64,000 bases of DNA from Eubacteriales bacterium (GCA_045631745.1 JAZQVI010000068.1:852-64851), one strand, 5' to 3'. Positions 1 through 9,500 are shown, counted from the stretch's first letter. Program-made: numbers and translations. The notes: generated by a model from the sequence alone, not told the origin.

Positions 1-422
1 CACCCGATACAAATACTCCCGATGCTACTCCCGATGAGAAGGACGGCATTTCGGCAGGTGCAGTGATCGCGATCGTGATCGGAGCGGTTCTACTCCTTGG
101 GGCTGGCGGATTTGCGATCTTCTGGTTTGTGATCAAGAAGAAGGAAACAGAGCAGCCCGAAACACAACCTGCAATGGCAGAAAAGGCGCCCGAAACGGCA
201 GAAGAGATTGCCAAAGCTGAGGAATGCGCCGTAGTTGTGGATGCTTCCGCGACGGAAGACGATTCCGTAGAAGATGCGGTCGCAGAGAATATCCCCGCAG
301 AAGAAATCTCCTCTGAAGAAACCGCAACTTCCGAAGAGGAAGCGACTGCAGAGGAACTCCCCTCCGAGGAAGATGCGTCGGCTGAAGAAGCTACCTCGGA
401 AGACGGCAACGATCAGGCATAA
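1..422 (+). CDS. 3' end of a membrane-anchored surface protein gene (5' part lies outside the window): end of ectodomain, one TM helix, acidic tail
   Basis: Frame 3 is open from nt 3 (PDTNTPDATPDEKDGISAGA...) into the listed ORF 63..422. Hydrophobic segment AVIAIVIGAVLLLGAGGFAIFWFVI is followed by KKK and a ~90-aa E/A/S/T/D-rich tail. Stop at 420-422. Confidence 0.6.
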   Translation, partial: PDTNTPDATPDEKDGISAGAVIAIVIGAVLLLGAGGFAIFWFVIKKKETEQPETQPAMAEKAPETAEEIAKAEECAVVVDASATEDDSVEDAVAENIPAEEISSEETATSEEEATAEELPSEEDASAEEATSEDGNDQA

Positions 423-469
423 CGGAAACAAAGGTTTTCGAGTATAGCTTGATGTTAGCACAATAACAA

Positions 470-501
470 AACAAGCGGTGAACTTCGGCTCTCCGCTTGT
501 T
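470..501 (+). terminator. stem-loop after the surface-protein gene (weak intrinsic terminator)
   Basis: aacaagcgg / ccgcttgtt 9-bp stem with a 14-nt loop; only a short T run follows. Confidence 0.35.
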
Positions 502-973
502 TATAAAAAATATCTTTAATGTGTGCTTTTTTCTGCGAAAGAGCGATTAAAAGGCGCGTAAAACTAGGTAAGAACGATTAAAAGTATGATTGTTTTATAG
601 ATAAGTACATTGTTTTAGTTGAACATAGCGTTATATCTGTTTATAACAAAGTGCATCTGTTTGACTGATAAAACCAATCCATAATTGTCATTCCTGGTTA
701 GACAACTCATCTGAGTTGAACTCAAAACCAAATAATTCGTTTGTTTTTGTTTTTAAATTATATGCAACCGTCAAAAAGACCTATAATTCAAAAGTGTTCG
801 ATACATGCATGATTTTTGTTCTACTACTTGAACGGCATAAAATCACCACCTTGTAGCAGTATTATAGAGCAAGATACTTTCAATATTGACAAGAGGCGTT
901 CTATCAACCACCCCAAAACAAAAAGCACGCGTTTCTGCGTGCTACCAGTAAGAAAAAACATTGTTTTTATGTC

Positions 974-1176
974 CGTATGGGATTGTAAGGGATTTTTGAG
1001 CTATGAAAATGAAAAAAGTCCTTGAAAATCAAGGACTTTTTTTGGCGGAGAAGGAGAGATTTAGAACTCAAGCGTGCGCTGTAATTCTGTTGTGATCTTC
1101 TATTCAATCTATGCGCACGCTCTGGCGTAATTGCCGCCAGCGGCAATTCGCGGAGTCCTGCATCATACACTTTTTT
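974..1176 (-). repeat. Direct repeat copy A (~203 bp). Contains a terminator-like hairpin, a degenerate tRNA-Ser T-arm/acceptor 3' half, and two further hairpins.
   Basis: Matches 10617-10822. nt 1044-1176 are identical to 10689-10822 apart from one extra T in the copy B T-run; the left ~70 nt are diverged. 1043-1068 TGGCGGAGAAGGAGAGATTTAGAACT resembles the 3' end of the tRNA at 10868 with one inserted A. Confidence 0.9.
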
Positions 1177-1191
1177 GGCGGAGAAGGAGCG
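1176..1191 (-). repeat. Short displaced copy of the tRNA-Ser 3' end (att-core-like, about 15 nt)
   Basis: tGGCGGAGAAGGAG equals the first 14-15 nt of the plus-strand image of the tRNA 3' end at 10868-10882. Sequence diverges immediately afterwards (cgttgcatc versus agatttgaa). Confidence 0.7.
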
Positions 1192-1351
1192 TTGCATCTC
1201 ATGTACACAACGCTTTTCCGTTGCTTTTTTATTTTTTAAATAAATTCTTTGAGAGATTTCAATTGTGACAATTTTGCATCATCTATTTACTTTTCTAAGC
1301 ATTTATGATATGATAAATACAGAAATAATGAAGTGGAAAGGTTTTTTCGAG

Positions 1352-2506
1352 ATGAAATCGTATGCAAAGAATGCAAAAACGGTCAAAAACGAAAACCGCG
1401 CGTTGGTTTTGAGGCATATTCGCCAGAAGATGGTCTCTCGCGCCGACATCTGCAAGAAAACCGGAATGCCAAAATCCTCGGTCACAAGAATCACCAACGA
1501 GCTGATCGAGGAAGGTCAGCTTTTGGAAATTGGCGTCACCGATTCGTCCTACGGAAGAAAGCCGATTCTGTTGGACATTGTCGCCGATTACAGATATGCC
1601 GCGGGGATCGCCTTGCATCGCAGCAGCTTTTACGTTTGCATCGTGAATCTCAAATCGGAAATCCTGGCGTATGAAAGCTATAAAATTGAAAACGGCGATG
1701 ACCCATACGAACTGTTGGACCGCGCCTACGAGCAGATCCTTCGCTTCCTTGAGGAATTGAACATTCCGCCCCAAAAATGTATCGGCATTGGCGTCAGCGC
1801 CCCCGGCCCCGTGGAGTACGTCAAGGGCACGATTCTGAACCCTCCCGACTTCAAGCTTTTCCATCACGTTGAGGTGGGGGAATATCTCCGAGCAAAATCA
1901 GGACTTCCCGTCATGCTTGACAACAACTCTGTTTTGAATGCGATGCAAGAATACGCAACGCAGCCAACAAGTGTTTTTCAAAATTCCATGTTTGTCAATA
2001 TTTTTGGCGGGATTGGATCTGCGGTATTGACAGGTGGAAAGGTATTTCGCGGAATCGGGGGATTCTCGGGAGAGTTTGGGCACACGGGAATCCAGCCGGA
2101 CGGACTCCCCTGCCCCTGCGGAAACGTGGGATGCCTGGAATGCTACGTTTCGCTCAAGGCATTGAAAAAAGCATATCAATTCGAATCCTATGAGGAAATG
2201 GTTGACCTGGCATACGAGGGGGACGAAAAGGCAAACAAAATGTTGCGATTCATGGCAGAGAAATTTTCCTACGCCATGGTCAACGCGATCAACCTCTTCG
2301 ATTTGGATGCAATCATCTTTTACGGTGAGTATTCCTACCGCCCACAGCGTTTGGCGGAGCTACTCCAATCGCACGTTGAATCCCGCGCAATGGTGGCTCG
2401 CGCACATGACGTCAAGGTGATCTTCTCCGAGATGAGTCCCGTTCTCGCCCGCGCCTCGGTCTGCACCGCGATCATCAACGCGTATTTTGAACAAAAATTT
2501 AATTGA
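1352..2506 (+). CDS. ROK-family transcriptional regulator (N-terminal winged HTH plus ROK sugar-binding domain, NagC/XylR-like)
   Basis: Part of ORF 1265..2506; likely start is ATG 1352 (MKSYAKNAKTVKNENRALVLRHIRQ...). HTH-like SRADICKKTGMPKSSVTRITNELIEEG. ROK zinc motif GEFGHTGIQPDGLPCPCGNVGCLECYVS. Confidence 0.85.
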   Translation: MKSYAKNAKTVKNENRALVLRHIRQKMVSRADICKKTGMPKSSVTRITNELIEEGQLLEIGVTDSSYGRKPILLDIVADYRYAAGIALHRSSFYVCIVNLKSEILAYESYKIENGDDPYELLDRAYEQILRFLEELNIPPQKCIGIGVSAPGPVEYVKGTILNPPDFKLFHHVEVGEYLRAKSGLPVMLDNNSVLNAMQEYATQPTSVFQNSMFVNIFGGIGSAVLTGGKVFRGIGGFSGEFGHTGIQPDGLPCPCGNVGCLECYVSLKALKKAYQFESYEEMVDLAYEGDEKANKMLRFMAEKFSYAMVNAINLFDLDAIIFYGEYSYRPQRLAELLQSHVESRAMVARAHDVKVIFSEMSPVLARASVCTAIINAYFEQKFN

Positions 2507-2557
2507 CGATTTATGGGTGAATGGAATTATTTTTACGTTTCATTCGCCCATTTTCTC

Positions 2558-2587
2558 TTGACAGAGATAAGGGCGTTATGTTATAAT
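2558..2587 (+). promoter_or_regulatory. sigma-A type promoter of the glycoside-hydrolase operon
   Basis: TTGACA (2558-2563), 18-nt spacer, TATAAT (2582-2587). Confidence 0.6.
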
Positions 2588-2601
2588 AATTGTGAGCATT
2601 A

Positions 2602-2618
2602 AGTTCCATTGTGGAACT
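2602..2618. promoter_or_regulatory. Perfect 7-3-7 palindrome just downstream of the -10 box; candidate operator for the adjacent ROK regulator
   Basis: AGTTCCA TTG TGGAACT lies between the promoter and the GH2 start codon. Confidence 0.45.
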
Positions 2619-2673
2619 ATATTGGCTTTGTTTTATAATGTATAAAATTTTGCTCTTTCGAGGTGAAAACAAA

Positions 2674-5022
2674 ATGAAGCAGATTTTGAATACGTTTCAA
2701 GGGAAATGGATACTGACAATGGTTCCGAACGCAGAGGTTGAGGCAACGCAATTTAATCCTCGCACCATGCGCGAATTGGGGGCTTGCGCGTATCAAAGCA
2801 TTTCGGCAACGGTTCCCGGAAACTTTGAATTGGATCTTTTTCAAGCGGGACTAACGCCCGATCCTTTCTTTGGGCAAAATCCTTGGGCGTATCAGCAATA
2901 CGAGAACCGCCATTTGTGGTATGCGACCACCTTTGAGGCGGACTGCGCAGGGGATGCGAATACCTTTTTGAGGTTTGAGGGCATTGACACCGTTGCGGAC
3001 ATTTATCTCAACGGAACGCTTTTGGGACACGTGGACAATATGCTGATCGAGCACGAATTTTGCGTGCAGGGATTACTCAAGCCCGCGAATGAACTCGTGG
3101 TGCATATTTTCCCCACCATGATCGAAGCGCGGAAATATCCTCTGACGAACCGTTGCCACGCGCAGCCTCACACCTATGCGGCTCTGCAGATTCGGAAGTG
3201 CGCGTCCATGTTCGGTTGGGACATCATGCCCCGTTTCGTTTCGGGGGGCATTTGGAAGCCCGTGACGCTGATTCAAAAAAGAAACGAGCGGATCGAGCAA
3301 TTTTATCTGACTACCATCTCTCTTGAGGCAGACAGATCCAAGGCAAGCATGAGGGCGTTTGTGGAGCTCCACACCCCCATAGATGACATCAGAGATCTGA
3401 AACTGACGGTCGAGGGCGTTTGCGGAGATTCAAGATTCTACCAAGAGGCTGATTTCTGGCACACCTTCGGGGTCATGCACATTACGCTTGACAACCCCAA
3501 GCTTTGGTATCCGAAAAATGCGGGCGAGCAGTTCCTCTATGACGTAACGGTAAGGCTCTATCGCAAGGATACGCTATGCGACGAGATCTCCTTCCGTCAC
3601 GGCGTTCGCACCGTGGAGCTGCTCCGCACTTCTACCACCGATAAGGATGGTTCGGGAGAATTTGTTTTTAAGATCAACGGAAAAAAGGTGTTCTGCCTGG
3701 GAACCAACTGGGTGCCGCTCAACGCCTTCCCCTCCCAGAATCCCAAGCATTTGAAGCCCGCGCTGGAGATGCTGGACGATCTGGGCTGTAATATGGTTCG
3801 TTGCTGGGGTGGAAACGTATACGAGGACGACGCCTTCTATGATTTCTGCGACGAGCGCGGAATCATGATCTGGCAAGACTTTGGAATGGGCTGCGGTGTG
3901 TATCCGCAGGACAACGGATTTGTTGCAAGAATCCAAAAGGAAGCGGTTTCGGTCATTCACCGTCTGCGCTCTCACGCAGCTCTGGTCCTGTGGGCAGGGG
4001 ACAACGAAAACGACCTGGCACACGACTGGTCTGCCGGCAAAAGCATTGACCCCAACACCAATATCGTGAGCAGAAAGATCCTGCCGAGCGTGCTGCTCGA
4101 GCATGATCACGTGCGCCCCTATCTGCCGTCCTCTCCCTACGTGGACGAGGAAGCGTTTCGAACGGGACGACCTACCTCGGAGGAGCATTTGTGGGGGCCG
4201 AGAGATTATTTCAAGGGATCGTTCTACGGAGAGAGCGTTTGCCATTTCGCATCCGAAACGGGATACCACGGCTGTCCCTCTCCGGAGTCCTTGAAGAAAT
4301 TTATTTCCGCGGAAAACGTTTGGCCGATCACCGACGCAAACGGTGTTCCGAACAATGACTGGATCTGCCACGCCGCCGAAATGGAGCCGGGTCTGAAGGG
4401 CAAATATTCCTACCGGATTTGGCTGATGATGAGCCAGGTGAGCACCCTGTTCGGCAATCTCCCCACAGATCTGGACGCCTTTGCAAAGGCAAGTCAGATC
4501 TCCCAGGCAGAGGCGGTCAAGTATTTCATTGAGCGCTTCCGACTCAGCAAATGGAGACGGACGGGCATTTTGTGGTGGAACCTGATTGACGGTTGGCCGC
4601 AGATCTCCGACGCGGTCGTGGATTGGTATCAATGCAAAAAGCTTGCTTACCATTATATCAAGCGTTCCCAAAAGTCGCTTTGCCTGATGTTTGACGAGCC
4701 GAAGGACGGAAAACTGTCCCTGTATGCAGTCAATGATCTTTCAACGTCACAAACTGTTCGGTTTACTGTGACCGATTTGACAAACGGTCGTGTTCTTTAT
4801 AGCGAAAAAGCCACGGTTGACGGAGATGTGTCAAAATGTGTTGTCTCGATTCCCGAATGCAAGGACTATGCCTTCCTGTATGTGGAATGGGAAACCGACG
4901 AGGGCATCAAGGGAAGCAATCACTATATTACAAAATCGCGCGATATTTCGCTGGAGCAATATTTTAGAGACATTGAAAAGGCAAAATACAACGAATTTGA
5001 CGGGTTTGATAATGAAATCTGA
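2674..5022 (+). CDS. Glycoside hydrolase family 2, beta-mannosidase-like; no signal peptide
   Basis: Part of ORF 2611..5022; ATG 2674 preceded by AGGTGA. Motifs NMVRCWGGNVYEDDAFYDFCDERGIMIWQDF and WAGDNEND are typical of GH2 beta-mannosidases as I recall them. 782 aa. Confidence 0.8.
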   Translation: MKQILNTFQGKWILTMVPNAEVEATQFNPRTMRELGACAYQSISATVPGNFELDLFQAGLTPDPFFGQNPWAYQQYENRHLWYATTFEADCAGDANTFLRFEGIDTVADIYLNGTLLGHVDNMLIEHEFCVQGLLKPANELVVHIFPTMIEARKYPLTNRCHAQPHTYAALQIRKCASMFGWDIMPRFVSGGIWKPVTLIQKRNERIEQFYLTTISLEADRSKASMRAFVELHTPIDDIRDLKLTVEGVCGDSRFYQEADFWHTFGVMHITLDNPKLWYPKNAGEQFLYDVTVRLYRKDTLCDEISFRHGVRTVELLRTSTTDKDGSGEFVFKINGKKVFCLGTNWVPLNAFPSQNPKHLKPALEMLDDLGCNMVRCWGGNVYEDDAFYDFCDERGIMIWQDFGMGCGVYPQDNGFVARIQKEAVSVIHRLRSHAALVLWAGDNENDLAHDWSAGKSIDPNTNIVSRKILPSVLLEHDHVRPYLPSSPYVDEEAFRTGRPTSEEHLWGPRDYFKGSFYGESVCHFASETGYHGCPSPESLKKFISAENVWPITDANGVPNNDWICHAAEMEPGLKGKYSYRIWLMMSQVSTLFGNLPTDLDAFAKASQISQAEAVKYFIERFRLSKWRRTGILWWNLIDGWPQISDAVVDWYQCKKLAYHYIKRSQKSLCLMFDEPKDGKLSLYAVNDLSTSQTVRFTVTDLTNGRVLYSEKATVDGDVSKCVVSIPECKDYAFLYVEWETDEGIKGSNHYITKSRDISLEQYFRDIEKAKYNEFDGFDNEI

Positions 5023-5051
5023 AAGCCACTTGAAAAAGGCAGGGTGTACGT

Positions 5052-5984
5052 ATGAAAATCGGAGTTGACATCGGCGGAACAAAATGCGCCGTCGTTCTTG
5101 GCGACGAGCGGCAGATCGTTCGGAAAATAAAATTTCCTACAACGAATTGCAAGGAAACGCTTGACCATATTATCCGGGTGATCGAAGAGATTGGAACAGG
5201 GGATGCGATCGGCATCAGCTGCGGAGGCCCTTTGGATACGCAAAAGGGGCTCATCCTCTCTCCCCCCAATCTTCCCGATTGGGATCGGGTAGCGATTGTC
5301 GATATTCTATCAAAGAAATTTGGCATTCCCGCGTATTTGTGCAACGACGCCAACGCCTGCGCCTTGGCAGAATGGAAATACGGTGCAGGGCAAGGCACCC
5401 AAAACATGGTGTTCCTGACCTTTGGCACGGGACTTGGCGCAGGGCTGATCCTGAACGGGCAGCTTTACAACGGAACCAACGGAATGGCGGGCGAGGTCGG
5501 TCACATTCGACTGAGTGAGCACGGTCCCGTAGGCTACGGCAAGGCAGGATCCTTCGAGGGTTTTTGTAGCGGAAACGGCCTTTCGCAGATCGGCAGAGCA
5601 CTGGCATTGGAACAATTACAGATCGGAAAAACGCTCCCGTACTGTCAAAGCGTGAGCGAGCTGGAGAAGATCAATGCAAAAGTGCTGGCGGATTACGCCG
5701 ATGAGGGAGAGCCCGTGGCATTGAAGGCATATCAGATCTGCGGAGAGATGCTTGGACGGGGCCTGTCTATCATCGTAGACATACTAAACCCTGAGGTTAT
5801 TGTAATCGGAAGCATTTTTCAACGCTCCGAGGAGCTGCTCAGAGAACACATGGAGCGCTATCTGAATTGGGAAAGCCTGGCGATTTCCAATTCGGTATGC
5901 CGCGTTCTTCCCACCAAGCTTGGCGAGAGCATTGGCGACTATGCGGCACTTTCGGTTGCGTTTGAAGGAAAAAATATTCACTGA
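5052..5984 (+). CDS. ROK-family sugar kinase (glucokinase or hexose kinase-like) lacking the Cys zinc motif
   Basis: MKIGVDIGGTKCAVVLGD (ATP-binding DxGGT); LCNDANACALAE; GEVGHIRLSEHGPVGYGKAGSFEGFCSG replaces the usual CxCGxxGCxE. Confidence 0.8.
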   Translation: MKIGVDIGGTKCAVVLGDERQIVRKIKFPTTNCKETLDHIIRVIEEIGTGDAIGISCGGPLDTQKGLILSPPNLPDWDRVAIVDILSKKFGIPAYLCNDANACALAEWKYGAGQGTQNMVFLTFGTGLGAGLILNGQLYNGTNGMAGEVGHIRLSEHGPVGYGKAGSFEGFCSGNGLSQIGRALALEQLQIGKTLPYCQSVSELEKINAKVLADYADEGEPVALKAYQICGEMLGRGLSIIVDILNPEVIVIGSIFQRSEELLREHMERYLNWESLAISNSVCRVLPTKLGESIGDYAALSVAFEGKNIH

Positions 5985-5995
5985 GGTAAAACAGA

Positions 5996-6640
5996 ATGAA
6001 TCATTTTTTAGGTGAATTACTCACGCGATATCCGGCACTGAACGGATGTCTGGAGGAAATTGAATCGGCGGCACAGATGATGCTGGAAACCTACCGCCGA
6101 GGCGGCAAGATCCTGGTGTGTGGAAACGGCGGCTCCTGCTCGGATTCCGATCATATCGTGGGAGAACTCATGAAAGGATTTTTGGGAAAGCGAAAAATGC
6201 CGCTCGCAGAGCAAGCACGCTTTCGTGATGCGCTCGGCGCGGATGCCGAGGATCTGATCGAAAAATTGCAGTGCGGGATCCCCGCGATTTCCCTGCCTGC
6301 TCAAAGCGCAATTCTCTCCGCCTTTGCAAATGACGTGGACGCGGAGCTGGTCTACGCGCAGCTGGTGTTTGGGTACGCCAAGGCAGAGGATCTGTTGATC
6401 GGACTTTCCACATCGGGAAATTCCAAGAACGTCGTAGCCGCTGCAAAGGTTGCCAAGGCGATGGGAATGCGCTCCCTTGCATTGACAGGGGAAAAAGAAA
6501 GTGCACTGTCCACAATCTGCAACTGCACGATCCGCGTACCCGAAACCGAGACCTTCAAGGTTCAGGAACTGCATTTACCGGTATATCATTACCTTTGCGC
6601 TTGGGCTGAAGCGGAAATATTCGGATGCGAAAGGCATTGA
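5996..6640 (+). CDS. SIS-domain sugar-phosphate isomerase, GmhA (phosphoheptose isomerase)-like
   Basis: GGKILVCGNGGSCSDSDHIVGEL, LIGLSTSGNSKNVVAAAKVAKAMGM..LALTG and IRVP....VQELHLPVYH align by eye with E. coli GmhA motifs. Confidence 0.75.
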   Translation: MNHFLGELLTRYPALNGCLEEIESAAQMMLETYRRGGKILVCGNGGSCSDSDHIVGELMKGFLGKRKMPLAEQARFRDALGADAEDLIEKLQCGIPAISLPAQSAILSAFANDVDAELVYAQLVFGYAKAEDLLIGLSTSGNSKNVVAAAKVAKAMGMRSLALTGEKESALSTICNCTIRVPETETFKVQELHLPVYHYLCAWAEAEIFGCERH

Positions 6641-6658
6641 ACACAGGAGAAAAAACTC

Positions 6659-8260
6659 ATGAAAATCAGATTACCCGATCTATATTGGATCTACGGAGAG
6701 GACGGAAAAAGAATTTGGTCCTCCGATTCGACAAATAATCAAGCGGACGTGCGCGTGGATATGCGGCTGGAGCAGGATACGCTGACCCCCTGCATACAGG
6801 CAAACGAGACGCCCTTGTGCTACGTTGTCCTGAAGTGGTTCTTTGGCGACAGTGAGCGCCGCGCAGAGCCCGTCCGCGTCCTAGGTGACGCGTGGGAGCG
6901 CGCCTATGGCGACATGGAGTGGAAAGGGGTTGTAGCCGAGCGTTGTATGCCTTGGTACTGCCTGGTTTCCAACGGCAGCGATTCCGACCTGTGTACAGAA
7001 GGCCGACACACCGAGTGCTTCGGCGTAAAGGTTCGTCCGTCATCGTTTGCAATCTGGCAATATGATGCGGGCGGTGTCACGCTGACCCTGGACATCCGCT
7101 GTGGCGGACGGGGAGTGATTCTGGGCGGAAGAACGCTCCAAACGGCAGAGGTTATCTTCGGCGACTATCGTAATATGAGCGCATATCAGAGCGGAAAGCT
7201 CTTCTGCAAGGAAATGTGCCAGGATCCCATCTTCCCGAAAGCACCCGTATATGGATTTAACAACTTCTATTATGCCTACGGCGTCAGCTCCGCGGAGGAG
7301 GTCAGACGGGATGCCGGAAAGCTGGCGGAATGCACCAAGGGGCTGCAAAAGCCCTTCATGGTGATTGACGACTGCTGGCAGCCCAACGCCTGTGACGGGC
7401 CGTGGGATCGCGGAAACGAAAAATTCCCCGACATGAATCTCTTGGCAGAGGAGATCTCCAAGCTGGGCGTCGATCCCGGAATCTGGCTCCGTCCTTTGTC
7501 TCAAATGGCGCCCCTTGATCTTCCGGCGCATTGGAGACTGGAGAGAAACGGATGCTTTTTGGATCCGTCCGAGGAAGGTGTTCTCGATTACGTCAAGCAA
7601 CAGTTTCAGAGACTGGTCGACTGGGGATACCGTTTGATCAAATTCGATTTTGTAACCTACGACCTGTTTGGAAAATGGGGCTGGGAAAGCCCGATCTTCC
7701 TGGCACAGGGAGACAACTGGAGCTTCCACGATCGCTCCAAGACCTCTGCCGAGATCATTCTAAACCTGTATCGAGCCATTCGAGAGGCGTCGGGTGATGC
7801 GGTTCTGATCGGATGCAACGCGGTCAGCCATTTGTGCGCCGGACTGGTTGAGATCAACCGTACAGGAGATGATACCAGTGGTCGCGATTGGCGTCGCACA
7901 AGACAGTTCGGTGTCAACACCCTTGCATTCCGTTCGATGCAGAACGGTACCTTCTACGTTGGAGACGCCGACTGCGTGGGACTGACCAATCTCGTTCCGT
8001 GGGGAATGAATGAAAGATGGATGTATCTGCTCTCAAGAAGCGGCTCCCCCTTGTTTATCAGTTGGGATCCGTCTGCCGACAATGAGGAAATTCACAAAGC
8101 GGTATGCGATGCCCTGCAGGTTAATTCGGTTCAGACCGACGAGCTGATCCCCTTGGATTGGATGGAAAACAACTGCCCGAGCCGATGGTTGCTCAACGGA
8201 GAAATCCTTGAGATTGACTGGTTCGGTCAAGAGGCTTACGATATCATTGAAAAAAGATAA
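6659..8260 (+). CDS. Clan GH-D glycosidase, alpha-galactosidase-like (GH36/GH27-type); no signal peptide
   Basis: MVIDDCWQ (DDxW), LIKFDF (KxD), NRTGDD and GDADCVG motifs. 533 aa. Confidence 0.55.
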   Translation: MKIRLPDLYWIYGEDGKRIWSSDSTNNQADVRVDMRLEQDTLTPCIQANETPLCYVVLKWFFGDSERRAEPVRVLGDAWERAYGDMEWKGVVAERCMPWYCLVSNGSDSDLCTEGRHTECFGVKVRPSSFAIWQYDAGGVTLTLDIRCGGRGVILGGRTLQTAEVIFGDYRNMSAYQSGKLFCKEMCQDPIFPKAPVYGFNNFYYAYGVSSAEEVRRDAGKLAECTKGLQKPFMVIDDCWQPNACDGPWDRGNEKFPDMNLLAEEISKLGVDPGIWLRPLSQMAPLDLPAHWRLERNGCFLDPSEEGVLDYVKQQFQRLVDWGYRLIKFDFVTYDLFGKWGWESPIFLAQGDNWSFHDRSKTSAEIILNLYRAIREASGDAVLIGCNAVSHLCAGLVEINRTGDDTSGRDWRRTRQFGVNTLAFRSMQNGTFYVGDADCVGLTNLVPWGMNERWMYLLSRSGSPLFISWDPSADNEEIHKAVCDALQVNSVQTDELIPLDWMENNCPSRWLLNGEILEIDWFGQEAYDIIEKR

Positions 8261-8273
8261 AGCGAGGATTACC

Positions 8274-9500
8274 ATGAGCAAAATAGATGTAAGATCCTTT
8301 GGCGCCGTGGGCGATGGCGTGACTCTGGACACCTTGGCGATTCAGCGTGCGATCGATTCTCTGGAAAAAGGCGATACCTTGGTGTTTTCGGACGGAAGCT
8401 TTGTCACGGGCACGCTGGCACTGAAAAGCGATATTACAATTCTGATCGAGGACAATGCTGAGATTTGCGGCTCCCGCAATTTCGCACACTACCGTGACTG
8501 CGGATTCTATCACAACGAAATGATTCAGACCGTGTCGCTGATCTACGCCTTAAATTGTGAAAATATTACCTTCTGCGGAAAAGGAAAGATCCAGCTCTCC
8601 GGTGACGCGTTCATGAAATTCAACACCTATCACCATCTGCCGCGCGAGATCGATCCTGCCACCATGACAAAAGACTACACGGTGCAAACCGTTGTAGCCG
8701 CAAAGGAACGCCCCACCCAACCCATCTTCTTTGATTCCTGCAAGCACGTTCGTATAGAGGGAATCTTCGTTTGCAACGCGCCCTGCTGGGGACTGGTCTT
8801 TTCCAACTGCGAGGACGTTACGCTGGAGGATCTTTACGTGGACAATCACGCGCGTATCCCCAACAATGATGGCGTTCATTTCTCTGCTTCAAAGGATATT
8901 GTGGTGAAAAATTGCACCTTCCTATGCGGAGACGATTGCATTGCGGCTACCTGCATTACAAATTGGAACGGCGTTTGCAAGAATATCGAAATCACCGATT
9001 GCCTGCTCTCCTCACGCTCGGCGGCAATTCGCCTCGGTCACCTCTCAAGTCACGTGAGAAACGTTCGGGTGAACAACGTCAAGGTTCTTCCCTCCACCCG
9101 TGCGATCATTATCTTTGCGGGAGATGGCGGCAAGGTAGAGCATATTGAGGTCGAAAATTTGACGGCTGAGACCTGCATCCACACAGGAGACTGGTGGGGC
9201 AAAGGAGAGGGTTTTGTCCTCTGCGCCAAGAACTCGAATGGCGCGATTTCAGATATCACCTTCAAAAACTGCTCCTTCGTCCAGGAGAATCCCTCCATCA
9301 TCGCAGGTGAGGCAGGCAATATATCGAACGTAACGCTCTCAAACTGCGAGCACACCTACCGAAGAGGAAACGCGCATCCTTATTACGTTGGGAAAATAGA
9401 CCTTCAGCCCAACGTTCCCGGACTCGCGACGGCACCTTTCCAAGCAGAGGATAAGATTTATATCACCGAGGACGGTTGTCGCAATCTACAGATCAAATAA
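8274..9500 (+). CDS. Glycoside hydrolase family 28 (polygalacturonase / pectate-lyase-fold beta-helix); no signal peptide
   Basis: Part of ORF 8208..9500; start ATG 8274 (MSKIDVRSFGAVGDGVTLDT...). Motifs NNDGVHF and GDDCIA. Confidence 0.75.
   Translation: MSKIDVRSFGAVGDGVTLDTLAIQRAIDSLEKGDTLVFSDGSFVTGTLALKSDITILIEDNAEICGSRNFAHYRDCGFYHNEMIQTVSLIYALNCENITFCGKGKIQLSGDAFMKFNTYHHLPREIDPATMTKDYTVQTVVAAKERPTQPIFFDSCKHVRIEGIFVCNAPCWGLVFSNCEDVTLEDLYVDNHARIPNNDGVHFSASKDIVVKNCTFLCGDDCIAATCITNWNGVCKNIEITDCLLSSRSAAIRLGHLSSHVRNVRVNNVKVLPSTRAIIIFAGDGGKVEHIEVENLTAETCIHTGDWWGKGEGFVLCAKNSNGAISDITFKNCSFVQENPSIIAGEAGNISNVTLSNCEHTYRRGNAHPYYVGKIDLQPNVPGLATAPFQAEDKIYITEDGCRNLQIK

Noticed and set aside
1043-1176. 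Possibility that the repeat units are additional (or intron-containing) tRNA-Ser genes or a tmRNA.
   Set aside because: Only the 3' T-arm/acceptor half is present, and it is degenerate (an inserted A in the T loop/stem). There is no 5' acceptor strand GGAGAAG, no D arm and no anticodon arm. A tmRNA would end in an alanine-type acceptor, not this sequence.
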